DNA of 64,000 nt, from contig NC_068996.1 of assembly GCF_001194135.2 (NCBI RefSeq), positions 28,880,429-28,944,428 on the forward strand. Reading direction: 5' to 3'. The notes beneath the pieces are model-generated. The model did no database searches and was not told where the DNA came from. It was given only the letters and a program-made list of their open reading frames with translations. This DNA comes from Octopus bimaculoides (taxonomy: Eukaryota). The position numbers were made by a program, and so were the translations under genes. Positions 54,101 through 63,905 of the stretch are shown here, in pieces (position 1 is the stretch's first letter; the number at the start of each line of letters is the position of its first letter).

Positions 54101-57093
54101 AACAACATAGAGGTACTAGGATCTGAAGATTAATTAAGCTGGCTTTGTATATATTAAAACTTATGTAACAAGCATCACTTTGCGGTGAAGCAGTTATTAG
54201 ACTGCAGTCATGCTGAGGGTACTGCCTCAAAGAATTTTAGTCAAACAAATTGACCTCAGTACATATTATTCTTTTAAAGCTTGGTACTTATTCTATTGAT
54301 CTCTTTTGTCAAACCACTGAAGTGATGTGGATGTAAATACATACAGACAAAAAGACACATACACATGATGGGATTCTTTCAGTTTCCATCAACCAAATCC
54401 ACTCACAAGGCTTTGGTTGACCCAAGGCTGTAGTAGAAGACATTTGCCCAACATATCATGCAGTAGGACTGAACCAGGAACCATGTGGCTGGGAAGTAAA
54501 CTTCTTATCACACAAACACACATGTACAAAATACAACAAAGGGAAAAATAATAATAGTTAACATCAAGTAAATTAAGAAATTCATACACTACCCAGATTC
54601 TTTGGCTTCATAGCTGTATAATGCATTTGCTTCAAACTACAATACAGAAAAACACACGTATTTGAATTAAGGTGTACACAAGTGTGTGTGTGTGTGTGTG
54701 CGCGTGTATTATGCTGGAGTTCGTGTAATATTCAATAATTCAATGTTGTTTAAAGAACATAATTATTTCAATTATTTGAAAATTAATTAATATGCACATA
54801 CAAACACACAGACTAAGGAAATTTCACACACATATGTTAATTTTGGTATAGTTAGTTTGAAGAGATTCTAGAAAAACTACATATTTACTGATGTGGGTTA
54901 TCAATACACACAGCAGGTCAAATTTATTATAAAATTAACTTTGACAGAGAATTTATTTTTGCTCAACAGCTAGTTGAAAATATTTTAGAAGCAGTTAGAT
55001 AAAACTTGACTTGTCATTCAAAACTAATTATATGTATGTATGTGTGTGTGTCTGTGTGTATATGTATGTGTACGTATGTATGTAGGTATGCTGAAAGTCT
55101 TTAAAGTGTTTAAAATTTGATTAATTTAATTTAAGGATTATCAAAATTTCAAACACCATGTATACCTTCAAATGCACACACAAATACACATAGATGTGTA
55201 TATGCACACATACATACTGTATTTTGTGTTTAAGTCAAACAACAGTATTTTTCAGGTAAAATCAAGTATAATATAATGTGACTTATACATGAGTAAATAC
55301 AGTGTAGGCACATATACATGTAAACATACCAAAATGCAAAACAAAAAATATTCTTTAAAAGTGAAAATTTGCCAAGACAAAAAGAGTAACATCATTAAAA
55401 TTGATTAATAAAGACAGAGATAAGATAAGTATGTGCCATCATCATCATCACTTTAACATCCACTTGTTTATTCTTGTATGGTATAATCCCTCAGCATTTA
55501 ACCTGCCCATATGTGACCCAAATATTCTACCTGTTTTATCTTCAAACTAACCAGATCCAACCTTTCACACCTACTCTACAATGCCATTCTAAAAATATAC
55601 AAACACACCACTGAAATAATGCATGATTAATCAAAACGATGTGAATAAATAAGCATTATATTTGATAAAGAAATCTGAATGCTAAAGGATTAAATGAATA
55701 TATTGAGGAATATTTTCTATGAACTGGATGCGCTTTCTGCTGCCAACCCTCACCTGTTTCCAAACCATGTATTATTTCCTCTAATCTGTTGAAGAAGGAA
55801 CAATTCAGTGATCAGACATTATTTTTGTGGAACATTGCAAACAAAATTGTACACACCATTTATAGGAATTGCAACTTTGTTTTCAATCAATTTGCAAATG
55901 CCAAGACGTCCCATGCATATATATATGTATACATGCATATGTATATATATATATATGTATACATGCATATATATATNNNNNNNNNNNNNNNNNNNNNNNN
56001 NNNNNNNNNNNNNNNNNNNNNNNNNNNNNNNNNNNNNNNNNNNNNNNNNNNNNNNNNNNNNNNNNNNNNNNNNNNNNNNNNNNNNNNNNNNNNNNNNNNN
56101 NNNNNNNNNNNNNNNNNNNNNNNNNNNNNNNNNNNNNNNNNNNNNNNNNNNNNNNNNNNNNNNNNNNNNNNNNNNNNNNNNNNNNNNNNNNNNNNNNNNN
56201 NNNNNNNNNNNNNNNNNNNNNNNNNNNNNNNNNNNNNNNNNNNNNNNNNNNNNNNNNNNNNNNNNNNNNNNNNNNNNNNNNNNNNNNNNNNNNNNNNNNN
56301 NNNNNNTAACTAGGAAGTTAGTTTTTGTATGTAGCAGATGTTCAGATGCAATAAACACTGAAAATGTGCAGAAAAGAACTTCTGTCACATTCCAGGGAGA
56401 AAAACTGGACGTAGTTGATAGCTTCCGATATCTGGGTGACTAAGTTAGTGGGGGAGGGTGCGCTGAAAGTGTAGCTGCTAGAATAAGAATAGCCTGGGCA
56501 AAGTTCAGAGAGCTCTTACCTCTGCTGGCGACAAAGGGTCTCTCACTCAGAGTAAAAGGCAGACTGTATGACGCATGTGTATGAACAGCCATGCTACATG
56601 GCAGTGAAACATGGACCATGACAGCTGAGAACATGCGTATGCTAGCAAGGAATGAAGCCAGTATGCTCCGATGGATGTGTAATGTCAGTGTGCATACTAG
56701 ACAGAGTGTAAGTACCTTGAGAGAAAAGTTGAACCTAAGAAGCATCAGTTGTGGTATGCAAGAGAGACGATTGCACTGGTATGGACATGTGGCGAGAATG
56801 GATGAGGATAACTGTGTGAAAAAGTGCCACACCCTAGTGGTTGAGGGAACCTGTGGAAGAGGCAGGCTCAGGAAGACCTGGGTGAAGCACGACCTCTGAA
56901 CATTAGGCCTCACCGAGACCTTTGGAAATATGCTGTGCGTGAGAAGACCCGGCAAGCCAAGCGAGACCAAAATCCAAGGCCTCTGCCAGGGATGTAACCA
57001 GCCCACTTACGCGTAACATTCCTTCTTTGTTTATAAAAAAATACAGCATAAAAAACCCCACATTATTTATGGAATGACCCAATATCTAAAGTA

Positions 57094-57134
<41 letters not shown>

Positions 57135-58978
57135 CACACACATATACAGACACACGCACATATACACATGCACGTGTTGTGTGTGTGTGTGTATGTAATA
57201 TACACACAATGGATTTATTAGTCTCCATCTATCAAATCCACTAGCTTGTCATCAAGGTATTGGTTGGACCAAGATTATATTGCTAGCATGAAAAACAAGA
57301 TGTATGTGTGTGTTTGTATATGTGTATGTACATGCATATATATGTGTGTGTATATATATATATCATCATTATGATTACCACCATCTAGCGTCCACTCTCC
57401 ATACTTGCATGGGTTAGATGGTTTGACTGGAACTGGTAAGCTGGAGAGCTGCACCAGGTTCCAGTCTGATTTGGCATAGTTTGTACAGCTGGATGCCCTT
57501 CCTAATGCTAACCACTGCAAGAGTGTAGTTGGTGCCTCTTACGTGTCACCAGCAGTATCCGCCACTATGATTTCACTGGCTTGACAAGTCTTCTCAAGCA
57601 CAGCAAATATATATATTGTGAATAGATTTGGTAGTTGGAAACTGAAAGAAGACCTTCATATATATATCTGTGTGTGTATATATGCATAAGTTTTTTTGAC
57701 ATCTGACAGTCATAAATGACCACATTGTTTTTTTCCAGTCTTCCACAAAAAACATGTCCGACTATGGGGAAATATTACCTTGGCTGGAAGCAGGTGAAGG
57801 TTGGTGACAGGAAAGGCATCCAACTGTAGAAAACCTGCCTCAGCAAAATCTGTCTAACCCATGCAAGCATGGAAAAGTGGACGGTCAATGATAATACACA
57901 CACACACTTTTATGGCTATGTGAGAAGGCAGTGCTTGCAAGCTCTCCCACCCCTCCCCAGAGAGTTATGAGATTAATACCATTGATACTGAATTTGAATA
58001 TTTACTTGAGTTAGTAGGAAAAAAATGTGTATGGGGAGTGCAAGATTTGAGGTGGTGTTAAACAGGGCAGTATGTAAGTCCTACCTATATCTATCTCTGT
58101 CTTTCCAATGTTTATTTGTCTGTCTCTTTCTCTCTCTCAACAACATTATTTAATGCATATTTTCCTTTATAGCAGACTGTGATTTGGAGGAGATTTGCAG
58201 GCTATTTCCTGTATGTTAAGTAAACAGGAAGTGTTTTCTCATCACCTCATACTAGGTGATAATCTGGGGTACCTACTAGTGAATAGTAAAGTTACCAAAG
58301 GAAGAGATGGTAGTGTTAAACTGGGTTATGTTTAAAGTGAACTCTGCTAAAGAGAGATAGACAGACACCAAGCACTGGTTTTAAGCCAAGAGGCTTTATT
58401 AGGCATTCTACACAAGGACCTGGCTGATGTGTGTTAAATCCCTTTGTGTTGAGCCTATCACTGAAAGTGAACTCAATATAAGCACCCAAAGACCAAGTGG
58501 TAGTGTATCTTCAATTCTATAAAAAATATCCATTGTATCTCACCACAACACACCCAAAAAACAAAACATAAAAAAAAAACAAGAAGATAACAATAATAGC
58601 AACAAGAAGGAAAAAAGTTACCTGTCGTTTTGTATTGGATCCAAGGCTTTCATGACGTCTAGATGCTGATGATGATGAGGTTGATGATGAAGATGATTTA
58701 GACCTTAGAGCAGGCCCTGTCGACGTAGAAGCTGTCTGGTTGGCATTTTTTAGACCCTCCAGTAACCTTATTAGCAGAATGTTAGACGGCAGGTCCTCAA
58801 CACGGTATGAAACTAGTGTTCTACATTCGGGACATCGAAGCTCTTTTTTTGTGCTCACTATCTCTTCGAGACATCTGCGACAAAATGTGTGTTGGCATGG
58901 TAACACTTTGCTTGTGTGGTCAAGTCTCTCTAGGCAGACGGAACATTCCAGTAGCTCGTTCAACGCCTGTTCGTCCAT
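8616..58978 (-). CDS. SH3RF1: E3 ubiquitin-protein ligase SH3RF/POSH (RING + 4 SH3); spliced model complement(join(8616..8787,11538..11668,19756..20551,24819..24986,27970..28396,30199..30239,31730..31825,41391..41489,42174..42288,54593..54636,58622..58978)), ~815 codons, one junction unresolved by 1 nt
   Basis: Hand translation gives a RING, then SH3-SH3, a KRHSFT/RRSLELS linker, SH3, a low-complexity region, a KEKKE basic motif and a C-terminal SH3. This is the domain order of POSH/SH3RF1-3. All introns are GT..AG and 9 of 10 junction phases agree. The symbol is the family name; paralogue assignment among SH3RF1/2/3 is not resolvable for an invertebrate gene. Confidence 0.95.
9767..10106. 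mobile_element. hAT (Charlie-like) MITE, 340 bp
   Basis: TIRs CAGTGGTT...AACCACTG and an 8-bp target duplication aactacat (9759-9766) / aactacag (10107-10114). Confidence 0.85.
10200..10555 (-). mobile_element. Short decayed LINE RT fragment
   Basis: Minus strand LENA.DRVPC..I.WLLRKL.KDQ.L resembles the LEKAFDRVP RT motif. Confidence 0.5.
11110..11310 (+). mobile_element. RTE-3'-tail short retroposon
   Basis: Contains the recurrent ggtaccacataaaagcacc...gggtatccagct...ccatgccagcatgg...(GAT)n tail. Confidence 0.75.
11538..11668 (-). CDS. SH3RF1: SH3RF coding exon 10: [43 protein letters not shown](R)
   Basis: Basic KEKK..L.K.L motif comparable to KKEKKGLLKLL of vertebrate SH3RF1; attttatag acceptor phase 0; AG|GTAAAT donor phase 2. 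Confidence 0.88.
11990..13830 (+). mobile_element. 5'-truncated R4/Dong-like non-LTR retrotransposon (RT + restriction-like endonuclease), interrupted by a SINE at 12720-12868
   Basis: [28 protein letters not shown] (RT); KHDKVA (RHD-like), ILWDF..Q.D......RPDIV, EK..KY.DL, VVIG.LG (RLE). Stops and frameshifts present. Confidence 0.88.
12720..12868 (-). mobile_element. RTE-tail SINE fragment inserted in the R4/Dong element
   Basis: catcatcatcgtttaacgtccgctttccatgctagcatggg..., near-identical to the reverse complement of 51510-51650. Confidence 0.85.
14030..15080 (+). mobile_element. 5' part of a HERO/NeSL-like RLE non-LTR retrotransposon (decayed, ends before the RT core)
   Basis: Remnant zinc finger [19 protein letters not shown]....[10 protein letters not shown], and F.KNPF.F....[21 protein letters not shown] motifs across frames. 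Confidence 0.6.
15380..15595 (+). mobile_element. RTE LINE RT-thumb fragment
   Basis: [17 protein letters not shown]...GWRKFRELL...[11 protein letters not shown], same family as 39280 and 56307. Confidence 0.8.
16250..16870 (+). mobile_element. RTE 3' end fragment with tail, followed by an inverted tail copy (16755-16870)
   Basis: [22 protein letters not shown] motif then the shared 3' tail; the second tail is in reverse orientation. Confidence 0.75.
16900..17310 (+). mobile_element. tRNA-headed composite SINE with internal (TG)n
   Basis: Head, body and tail shared with 45540-45950. Confidence 0.82.
17430..17856 (+). mobile_element. RTE-tailed retroposon with a 42-bp tandem-repeat head (~2.5 units)
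   Basis: gaggcaaagtggctgagttcc repeats at 42-bp spacing, then the RTE ORF2 end/3'UTR and (GAT)n; an inverted homologue lies at 33685-34145. Confidence 0.8.
19756..20551 (-). CDS. SH3RF1: SH3RF coding exon 9: 265-codon low-complexity disordered region (Ser/Pro/Thr-rich, poly-Asn, poly-Thr)
   Basis: Long open frame; ctctcttgtag acceptor phase 2 matching exon 8; AAG|GTAAGA donor phase 0 matching exon 10. Confidence 0.9.
20590..21180. mobile_element. Unclassified ~600-bp probable interspersed repeat bracketed by (AAT/AAC)n
   Basis: More GC/CpG-rich than flanks and bounded by trinucleotide microsatellites on both sides; single copy in the window, no coding motif recognised. Confidence 0.35.
21535..21750 (-). 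mobile_element. Second tRNA-headed SINE family (other copies ~13860-13990 -, 21200-21370 -, 22735-22935 -, 24050-24270 -, 48420-48640 +)
   Basis: Shared motif ctgagttcaaattctgctgaggtcaa...aaataagtaccagt recurring in at least 6 places; ends approximate. Confidence 0.78.
21960..22710 (+). mobile_element. 3' fragment of a second R4/Dong-like element (RLE domain)
   Basis: KILW....[26 protein letters not shown]...PGD.......E...RYDDLKW; ends in a taataataat tract. Confidence 0.75.
24819..24986 (-). CDS. SH3RF1: SH3RF coding exon 8: SH3-3, [55 protein letters not shown](R)
   Basis: 168 nt phase 2-2; EKCQDGW.KG and GVFPGNYV motifs of POSH SH3-3; ctctttcag acceptor, AG|GTATAG donor. Confidence 0.96.
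26500..26720 (-). mobile_element. Possible decayed LINE (CR1/L2-like) RT C-terminal fragment
   Basis: Weak LEK...QAVQR..Q similarity only. Confidence 0.3.
27008..27221. mobile_element. piggyBac-type MITE family 2 (inverted homologue at 55488-55689)
   Basis: Ends gctaGGG|TTAA; the internal sequence is the reverse complement of 55488-55689, which ends gctaaagga|ttaa. Confidence 0.65.
27970..28396 (-). CDS. SH3RF1: SH3RF coding exon 7: Ser/Pro-rich linker with KRHSFT and RRSLELS motifs, ending ...PAKLVPHL
   Basis: Open frame with the conserved KRHSFT (Akt-site-like) and R.S.E.S motifs of SH3RF proteins; phase-2 acceptor at 28396; the only good donor is TTG|GTAAAT (phase 0), so the 3' boundary is uncertain by 1 nt. 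Confidence 0.88.
30199..30239 (-). CDS. SH3RF1: SH3RF coding exon 6 (41 nt): [13 protein letters not shown](S)
   Basis: Matches the (F/L)N.AAK.L motif that follows SH3-2 in POSH; ctttttcttttgacag acceptor, AG|GTAGGT donor phase 2 fitting exon 7. Confidence 0.9.
31730..31825 (-). CDS. SH3RF1: SH3RF coding exon 5: second half of SH3-2, [32 protein letters not shown]
   Basis: 96 nt, phase 0-0, [14 protein letters not shown] motif; ttgtag acceptor, GAG|GTAATA donor. Confidence 0.96.
32170..33320 (-). mobile_element. 5'-truncated RTE LINE (ORF2 end + purine/pyrimidine-biased 3'UTR + tail)
   Basis: ORF 33085-33309 [14 protein letters not shown]...GKGRPRKIW; tail motifs at 32170-32520. Confidence 0.85.
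33685..34145 (-). mobile_element. RTE-tailed retroposon with a 42-bp tandem-repeat head (~4.3 units)
   Basis: gagg anchors at 33979, 34021, 34063 and 34105 (period 42), joined to the RTE ORF2 end (LGLTEAMT..) and tail ending in (GAT)n. Confidence 0.85.
34590..35062 (+). mobile_element. RTE LINE RT, 5' half (continues at 38280-38880 after the LTR element)
   Basis: [19 protein letters not shown]...[17 protein letters not shown] and DLQHALNGF motifs. Confidence 0.8.
35064..38275 (-). mobile_element. Gypsy/Ty3 (Mag / K02A2.6-like) LTR retrotransposon, internally deleted (protease-RT-RNaseH largely missing)
   Basis: Diverged direct repeats 35064-35386 (TG..CA ends) and 38002-~38273; PBS-like TGGCAATAAG 1 nt inside the 5' LTR; purine tract aaaaagagaga before the 3' LTR; gag-like [18 protein letters not shown]; integrase HTGHP...[12 protein letters not shown] and RLHIDFAGP...VDYFTK...SDNGTQF...YHPRSNG. 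Confidence 0.92.
38280..38880 (+). mobile_element. RTE LINE RT, 3' half
   Basis: LNYGH.CWV...EMRF....[31 protein letters not shown], the expected continuation of 34590-35062. Confidence 0.78.
38965..39170 (+). mobile_element. RTE-tail SINE fragment
   Basis: Shared tail ending in (GAT)n. Confidence 0.8.
39280..41175 (+). mobile_element. 5'-truncated RTE LINE with an embedded PHD finger, long CT-rich 3'UTR (with ~180-bp tandem duplication 40225-40540) and tail
   Basis: [11 protein letters not shown] - PHD - [11 protein letters not shown]...[12 protein letters not shown]...VILHGSETW...[14 protein letters not shown]...GRGKPRKTW; tail at 40880-41175. Confidence 0.9.
41391..41489 (-). CDS. SH3RF1: SH3RF coding exon 4: first half of SH3-2, [33 protein letters not shown]
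   Basis: 99 nt, phase 0-0, KALYDF...DCL.F.K motif of POSH SH3-2; tttag acceptor, AAG|GTAATG donor. Confidence 0.96.
42174..42288 (-). CDS. SH3RF1: SH3RF coding exon 3: rest of SH3-1, [38 protein letters not shown]
   Basis: Acceptor ttcttttttcag, SH3 consensus (DLSF.KGD, W, G.FP..YV), donor CAG|GTTAGT phase 0. Confidence 0.96.
44050..44640 (-). mobile_element. RTE 3'UTR/tail fragment
   Basis: Reverse-oriented tail plus a GA-rich block like 32520-32990. Confidence 0.6.
45540..45950 (+). mobile_element. Well-preserved tRNA-headed composite SINE
   Basis: A-box-like tggctgtgtgg, B-box-like ggttcagtccc, internal (TA)n(TG)n, CpG-retaining body. Confidence 0.88.
46383..46463. repeat. Perfect palindrome, 40-bp arms with a 1-nt spacer, abutting an N-gap
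   Basis: 46383-46422 is the exact reverse complement of 46424-46463. Confidence 0.95.
46876..47266 (+). mobile_element. tRNA-headed composite SINE
   Basis: Same family as 45540-45950. Confidence 0.82.
48900..49400 (+). mobile_element. Decayed RTE-like RT C-terminal fragment
   Basis: Remnants resembling EKKL..LDG...I.N..LYGHIPS...RVSFA.H across frames. Confidence 0.45.
50420..50600 (+). mobile_element. Tc1/mariner transposase C-terminal fragment
   Basis: Resembles SPNPPDCNP.DYYMW...[17 protein letters not shown], the third catalytic-D region. Confidence 0.55.
51225..51660 (+). mobile_element. Young RTE-tailed retroposon with four degenerate 64-67 bp tandem repeats as head
   Basis: ttgccag-like anchors at 51241, 51306, 51370, 51437; tttgagcg at 51292, 51356, 51423; CpG-rich intact tail ending in (GAT)7. 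Confidence 0.82.
51797..52764. repeat. Complex foldback: ~380-bp inverted arms (51797-52182 / 52389-52764) with a third inverted partial copy in the spacer (52190-52368)
   Basis: Direct alignment by eye, e.g. atatgatggtactggaaaccatca vs tgatggtttccagtaccatcatat, and tggccaatcaaagcatgaactatgc vs gcatagttcatgctttgattggcca. Confidence 0.93.
52823..53836 (-). mobile_element. Mariner element with both TIRs and TA target duplication, decayed transposase
   Basis: TA|caagaggcattcattaaagatttcccctg and caggggaaatctttaatgaacatcccttg|TA; ORF pieces [12 protein letters not shown]..., [18 protein letters not shown]. Confidence 0.9.
54190..54520 (-). mobile_element. tRNA-headed composite SINE ~70 bp downstream of exon 2
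   Basis: Reverse complement of the 45540 family. Confidence 0.78.
54593..54636 (-). CDS. SH3RF1: SH3RF coding exon 2 (44 nt): start of SH3-1, [14 protein letters not shown](G)
   Basis: Acceptor ttttctgtattgtag, ALYSY SH3 motif, donor GG|GTAGTG phase 2 matching exon 3. Confidence 0.9.
56307..57010 (+). mobile_element. RTE LINE 3' part (begins in an N-gap)
   Basis: FVCSRC...[12 protein letters not shown]...AMLHGSETW...[14 protein letters not shown]...GRGRLRKTW; in-frame stops. Confidence 0.92.
57360..57895. mobile_element. Two RTE-tail SINE fragments in opposite orientation (57360-57560 -, 57690-57895 +)
   Basis: Shared tail motifs. Confidence 0.7.
58622..58978 (-). CDS. SH3RF1: SH3RF coding exon 1: RING finger ([53 protein letters not shown]...KRQ)
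   Basis: C3HC4 RING followed by [15 protein letters not shown], typical of the POSH N-terminus; ATG at 58978; donor CAG|GTAACT, phase 0; 357 nt. Confidence 0.97.
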
Positions 58979-60559
58979 CTTTTTTTTTTTTAAACCAAAG
59001 AAGAATAAAAAAAGTAATGATTTCTTTTGTTTTAAATGATAATAAAAATATTTTCTTTTCTTGCCACAAGGGCAACAGATAGAAACAAAGACAATTTGTA
59101 AATTCAGGTGTTTTATGTCAAGAAGAAAAAACATAAATGAAATGAAATAATGTGAAATATATGTAAAAGACAACTTTATACACACACACACACATATATC
59201 ACATACACACGTGTAATTTAGTAGTTAGGGTGTTGGGTTCACAACACAAAGTGGTGCACAGTATCCTTGAAAAGGCCCTTCATTTCACAGTTGCCCCTTT
59301 CTACTCAGTTGAAAATGAGTACTAGCTTTCTCTCCCTCTCACATCTTTGATACTCTGTTGGGTTATATGTAGGAGGACTGAGAGATGGTCTATGTCTATT
59401 TGCGACCACACAGGCACCTAAAACAATTAGTGAAAGCAAATCAGGCCATTCCACAAATCCCCACTTAATCTTCAGCTCCATAGCAAATTCCTTCTCTCTA
59501 TTGAACTTACAGATAAAAACTGAGTAAATCCATCCAATCATATTGAACTTGCTACTCTGAACCATCTGTAAGTGAATTTATTTGAATGTAACACTTCTCT
59601 TGCTACTCTTATTTTCTGCTTCCAGTGGTACTTGGAAACAGAGAGGAGAAGCATCCTCCTACGTTTGTTTGTTTTTTCCCCCCGTTAAACCACCAGACAT
59701 AGTGCCTATGCTTCCTTGGTCATAGAAGGCAGCAGGACAGTTTTTACAATGAACTCAAATGATTAAATCCATTCTGCAAGTCAGCAATTCTTGGTCACCA
59801 GGTATCTATCTTCTGTAAGTACAAAGCTATCTACTGCAAAGGCTGCAAAAATATGTAATAAAGAAAGAAGATGAGCTAGTACAAATACCTACAAATCATG
59901 AACAAAAATGAAAAGCTTTTCTGTCTTTAATGTGGCCAACAAATGTAAAGAGAGGGTGGGGTAATACAGATATAGGAAAATGGAAAGCTATTTTTAAAAT
60001 GTCATACTAAGACACCAACAACAAAAGTTTCCAAAAGTCACAATATCTGACAAGATTGACCAAAGTGAAAGTGAATAAAGAAAAAAACTCAGCACAGGCT
60101 GAGAAGTGCAGGATTAAGGTGCAAGACTAAAGCCTTTCCAGAGAAACTACATAAAAGTATAAAGTTCAATAGAAAAAGTAACTGTAATTTGCATAAGTTG
60201 TGAAGAAAAATTGGCATAGTATGTATATATGTAGGCATGCAGGGGCACAATGATGTTTGAGTGTTTATATATTGGAACTTATGTTAGAACTGTGATGTAC
60301 CAACACACACACTCTCTTTCTCTCACACACACCAAAATGTTTCTGAGATAGATAAGGTAACAATAGTCTGCAGCATCATCCAAATATTGTTGTTAAAGAT
60401 CATCAGGAAAACAAATATCACCTTCTTATCGATGTACTAACATTCTCTAAAAGACTTTAACTTGAAAATAATATTGTGAAGGTCTCAAAATGTCAGACCA
60501 ATAGATTTCAGGAACATTACTTTTTCAATCCAAACATAAAAGACTAATAAAGAAACAAA

Positions 60560-62820
60560 CTTGAACAAAATTGTGTTTCTAATAAGTACTGGATGGTTTG
60601 ACAGAAGGTAGGAAGCCAGAGGACTGTGCCAAGCTCTACTGTCTGATTTGGTATGGTTTCTATGGCTGGATGCCCTTCATAATGCCAACCACTTTTCAAA
60701 ATGTTGGCTGGGTCCTTTTTTAATGATATCCCCATTGAAGTCACCAAATAATTTGCAAGACAAGACTCTTCAAATGAGGTAAGGATTAGTATTGTATGAG
60801 GTGGTTTTGTTGCAGGTGCTGTGAAACTAGAGTATGATAGAGGGACAAAAAAATGTCTTGCAATACAGGAGGTAAATGGCTACCCTAGTGGAAAAGGAGA
60901 GAGAGAGAAAGAGAAAATGAAGAAATGTTGGTACATGCCCTTTGTTACATGGAGGTATATATAAATGAAGAGATACAGAAGTTTGGATAGGATGAATAAG
61001 CAAATGAGTGTGGGAAATAAAGGGGAGATGAATTCAGGGAGTGAACATAGGTGGAGGGAGGAGGTTTTAGAAAGATAAGTTGTGAGCAAAAGAGACTTGT
61101 CAGGAGCAAAGTGAGTGCAGGTTAATTTGAAAGAGTGCAAAAGGAGGGTGGGAGATAGAGGGTAGTGGGATGCAGTGAGAGGTGAACATGGGTGGAATGA
61201 AGAAGTGTTAGAAAGATGAGAGGGACAGAGACATGAATAAGGCACCTTTTAGGGCCTCATTTTTATTTAGATGGATGGGTCTTCTCAAGCACAGCAAATT
61301 GCCAATCATTTCCTTTATAGGAAGGTCATTTTTAGCCACTTTGTTCTGTCTTCCTGGGCTTATCTCTTCCACAGGTTCCTTCCATATTCAGGTAATGATA
61401 CTTCTTTATGCAGCTATCCCCATCCATATGCATCACATGACCATATCGGCATAATCTTCTCTCTTGCATACTACATCTAATGCCTCTTGTGCCTAATTTC
61501 TATTTCATCACATTTACACTTAGTTGTACATGCACACTAACACTGTACATTCTGCTGAACATTTCTTTCAAGCCTTCACAAATCATCCATCCACATTCAC
61601 TGCCCATGTTTCACTACATTGCTGTTCAAACACAAGCATCATACAATGAGCCTTTCACTCTGAGGGAGAGGCTCTTTGTTAACAACAAAAGTAATAGCTC
61701 TCTGAACTTTTCTTGGTCAGGTCTGATTCTAGTGACCAAGCTTGCAGAACATCCTCCCCCATGCTAAATGGGTCACCTAAACAAAAACTATCCACTATCT
61801 CATTGATCTGCATGGGTATTTGCAGAAATCTATTTCTCATATGTTAGTGTTTTTTGTTCCTGCACATCTGCCACTCACAAAGACCATTTTCTCTATTAAC
61901 AATTCTGTGATTCCACAGCACCTCTTATATGTTCTTAGCTTGCACTTGATACACTGTATGGAATTTCTACCAATAACTTTTTCTACATATTGAGCAGGAC
62001 CATTTTCCTGAATGGATAAGTAATTTGTCTGCTTTCCTGTTTACTAGGATTTGGGTCTTTGCAAGGTTAACTCTTAAGTCCTTCAATTCCAGATCTGAAT
62101 TCTATTATAGATTCAGTTATAAGAAAAAGGTTATTAGAAGAGCTACCATGGACACTCAGTCTTAAACTACGCTGTTATAGTCTGGGGGATTATGATAAAT
62201 AAGGGGTGCTGAGAACTGAGACATGGTGAACTCTTACCTACACGCTAAGTTCCTTGTAATACTCATTGTTGACTTTCACCTTAATGACAGCATCCCTGTA
62301 CATGACTTGGATGGCTCTCAGCAGCTATTCATCTAATGCTAGCTTCTGCATTGATCACCAGATGAGAGAGTGAGGGACCCTGTTGAAGCTTTTCTCCACA
62401 TAATCAAATGCCAGCACAGTAGTTTATTTTTGGCTAAATGCTTCTCCTGAAGTTGCCTTACTGAGAAAATAAGATCAGTAATGCTTTTCCCTGGCATAAA
62501 ACCAAACTGCATCTCAAGGTTCACTCTCTTTGTAATTTGTTGTGTGACGACCCTGTCTGTAAATTTCGTGACCAGATTCAATAATTTGATACCTCTGTAG
62601 TTACTTCTGTCTAAGGCAACTTTGTAAGGCAATATTGACTATAATGCTGTTACACAAGTCATTGCGTATGACATCCTGGGCAATCTGATAACTTATGCAG
62701 GAGACTTAAGCTGTATCCCATTCCACCAATTATTTTAAGCATTTCAGCAGTATTTCCTGACGTACCAGGGGCTTTCCCTGTCTTCATATCCTTAAATACC
62801 TTATCTGCAATACTGCTATT
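60560..62820 (-). mobile_element. Decayed RTE LINE (RT core, PHD remnant, thumb, 3'UTR/tail)
   Basis: YRGIKLL...QFGFMPGKSITDLIFSVRQLQEKHLAK (62339-62632); GKWSCSICR..NSIQCIKCKL...RC at ~61860-62010; LGDPFSMGGGCSAS at ~61750; tail at 60560-60760. Confidence 0.85.
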
Positions 62821-63039
62821 AACTACGATAGATGGTCTCTCTGTTAGGTCTACATTAGGAAGACTCTCTTTCTCTTATGCATTCTTCGTGTTTAGCAACC
62901 TTTCATAGTAGCACTACTATGTCTCTTTCTTTTCAGAATCACTAAGTGTATTATCATCCATCTCTACACACTTCTCTCTTACACCATCATGATTTTAGGT
63001 AGTGTGTGTATATATAATGTGTGTGTGTGTGTATGACAA

Positions 63040-63905
63040 AGTACAAATGTGCTGAGCATAAGAAGAATCAGATGTAACATGCAAGAGAAAAGGCTATGAT
63101 GGTCTGGACATGTGATGCACATGAAAGCTGTATAAAGAAGTGCCAATCACTCTAAGTGGATGGTACCTGTAGAAGGAAACCTAGGAAGACAAGGGATGTA
63201 GTGAGAGCCAGAACTGTGTATTCCATCAACATGCAACATCCACACACCCCATCCCAATGAGCCAAACTACATCTCTTCTTCATGCACTATGCTTGTCTCT
63301 TCCCAAACTCCTGCAGCCTATGCTGCTCTGTCATCTCTCTCATCCTTCGTGCTGCCAACTTTATCATTGCTATCCTGTAACCCACTAGATAGTCAAGTTT
63401 CACCACTCACTGCATTTCCCTTTCCCTCTCCTGTCACCCTCAACACACTCATGAACTCCCTGCCCATGCACCGTCTAATTCTCTACCACTCCATTTACAT
63501 TCACCTCCTTGCATCTTGGTGGTACGCTGGGCACATCGCCACCATCTCTATCTCTCCAACTGGGGTAACCATGTATTTCCTCTACAGCAAGACACCTATT
63601 TCTGTCCCTCTGTCATAGTTTAACCTCTCATCACTCGACACAAAGCCATCTCACTCACTACTACTCTCCCTCTCAGTTGAGGGATCTTTGTCTTGCAAGT
63701 TACTTGGTGACCTAACTGGTGCTGGTGCCACATAAAAAGCACCCAGCACACTCTGTAAAGTGGTTGGTGTTAGAAAGGGCATCCAGCTGCAGAAACCAAG
63801 CCAAAGCAGACAATAGAGCTTGGCATAGTCCTTGGACTTACCAGTTCCTATCTAACTGTCCCACCCATGCTAGCATGGAAGACAGATGTTAAATGATGAT
63901 GATGA
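63040..63905 (+). mobile_element. RTE 3' end with CT-rich 3'UTR and tail
   Basis: MQEKRL.WSGHVMHM...IKKCQSL.VDGTC.RKPRKT then tail ending in (GAT)n. Confidence 0.8.

Noticed and set aside
58979-59191. 71-codon N-terminal extension in the supplied 224-aa ORF
   Set aside because: Low-complexity AT-rich sequence; the homologous POSH start is MDE at 58978. Upstream non-coding exons could not be located.
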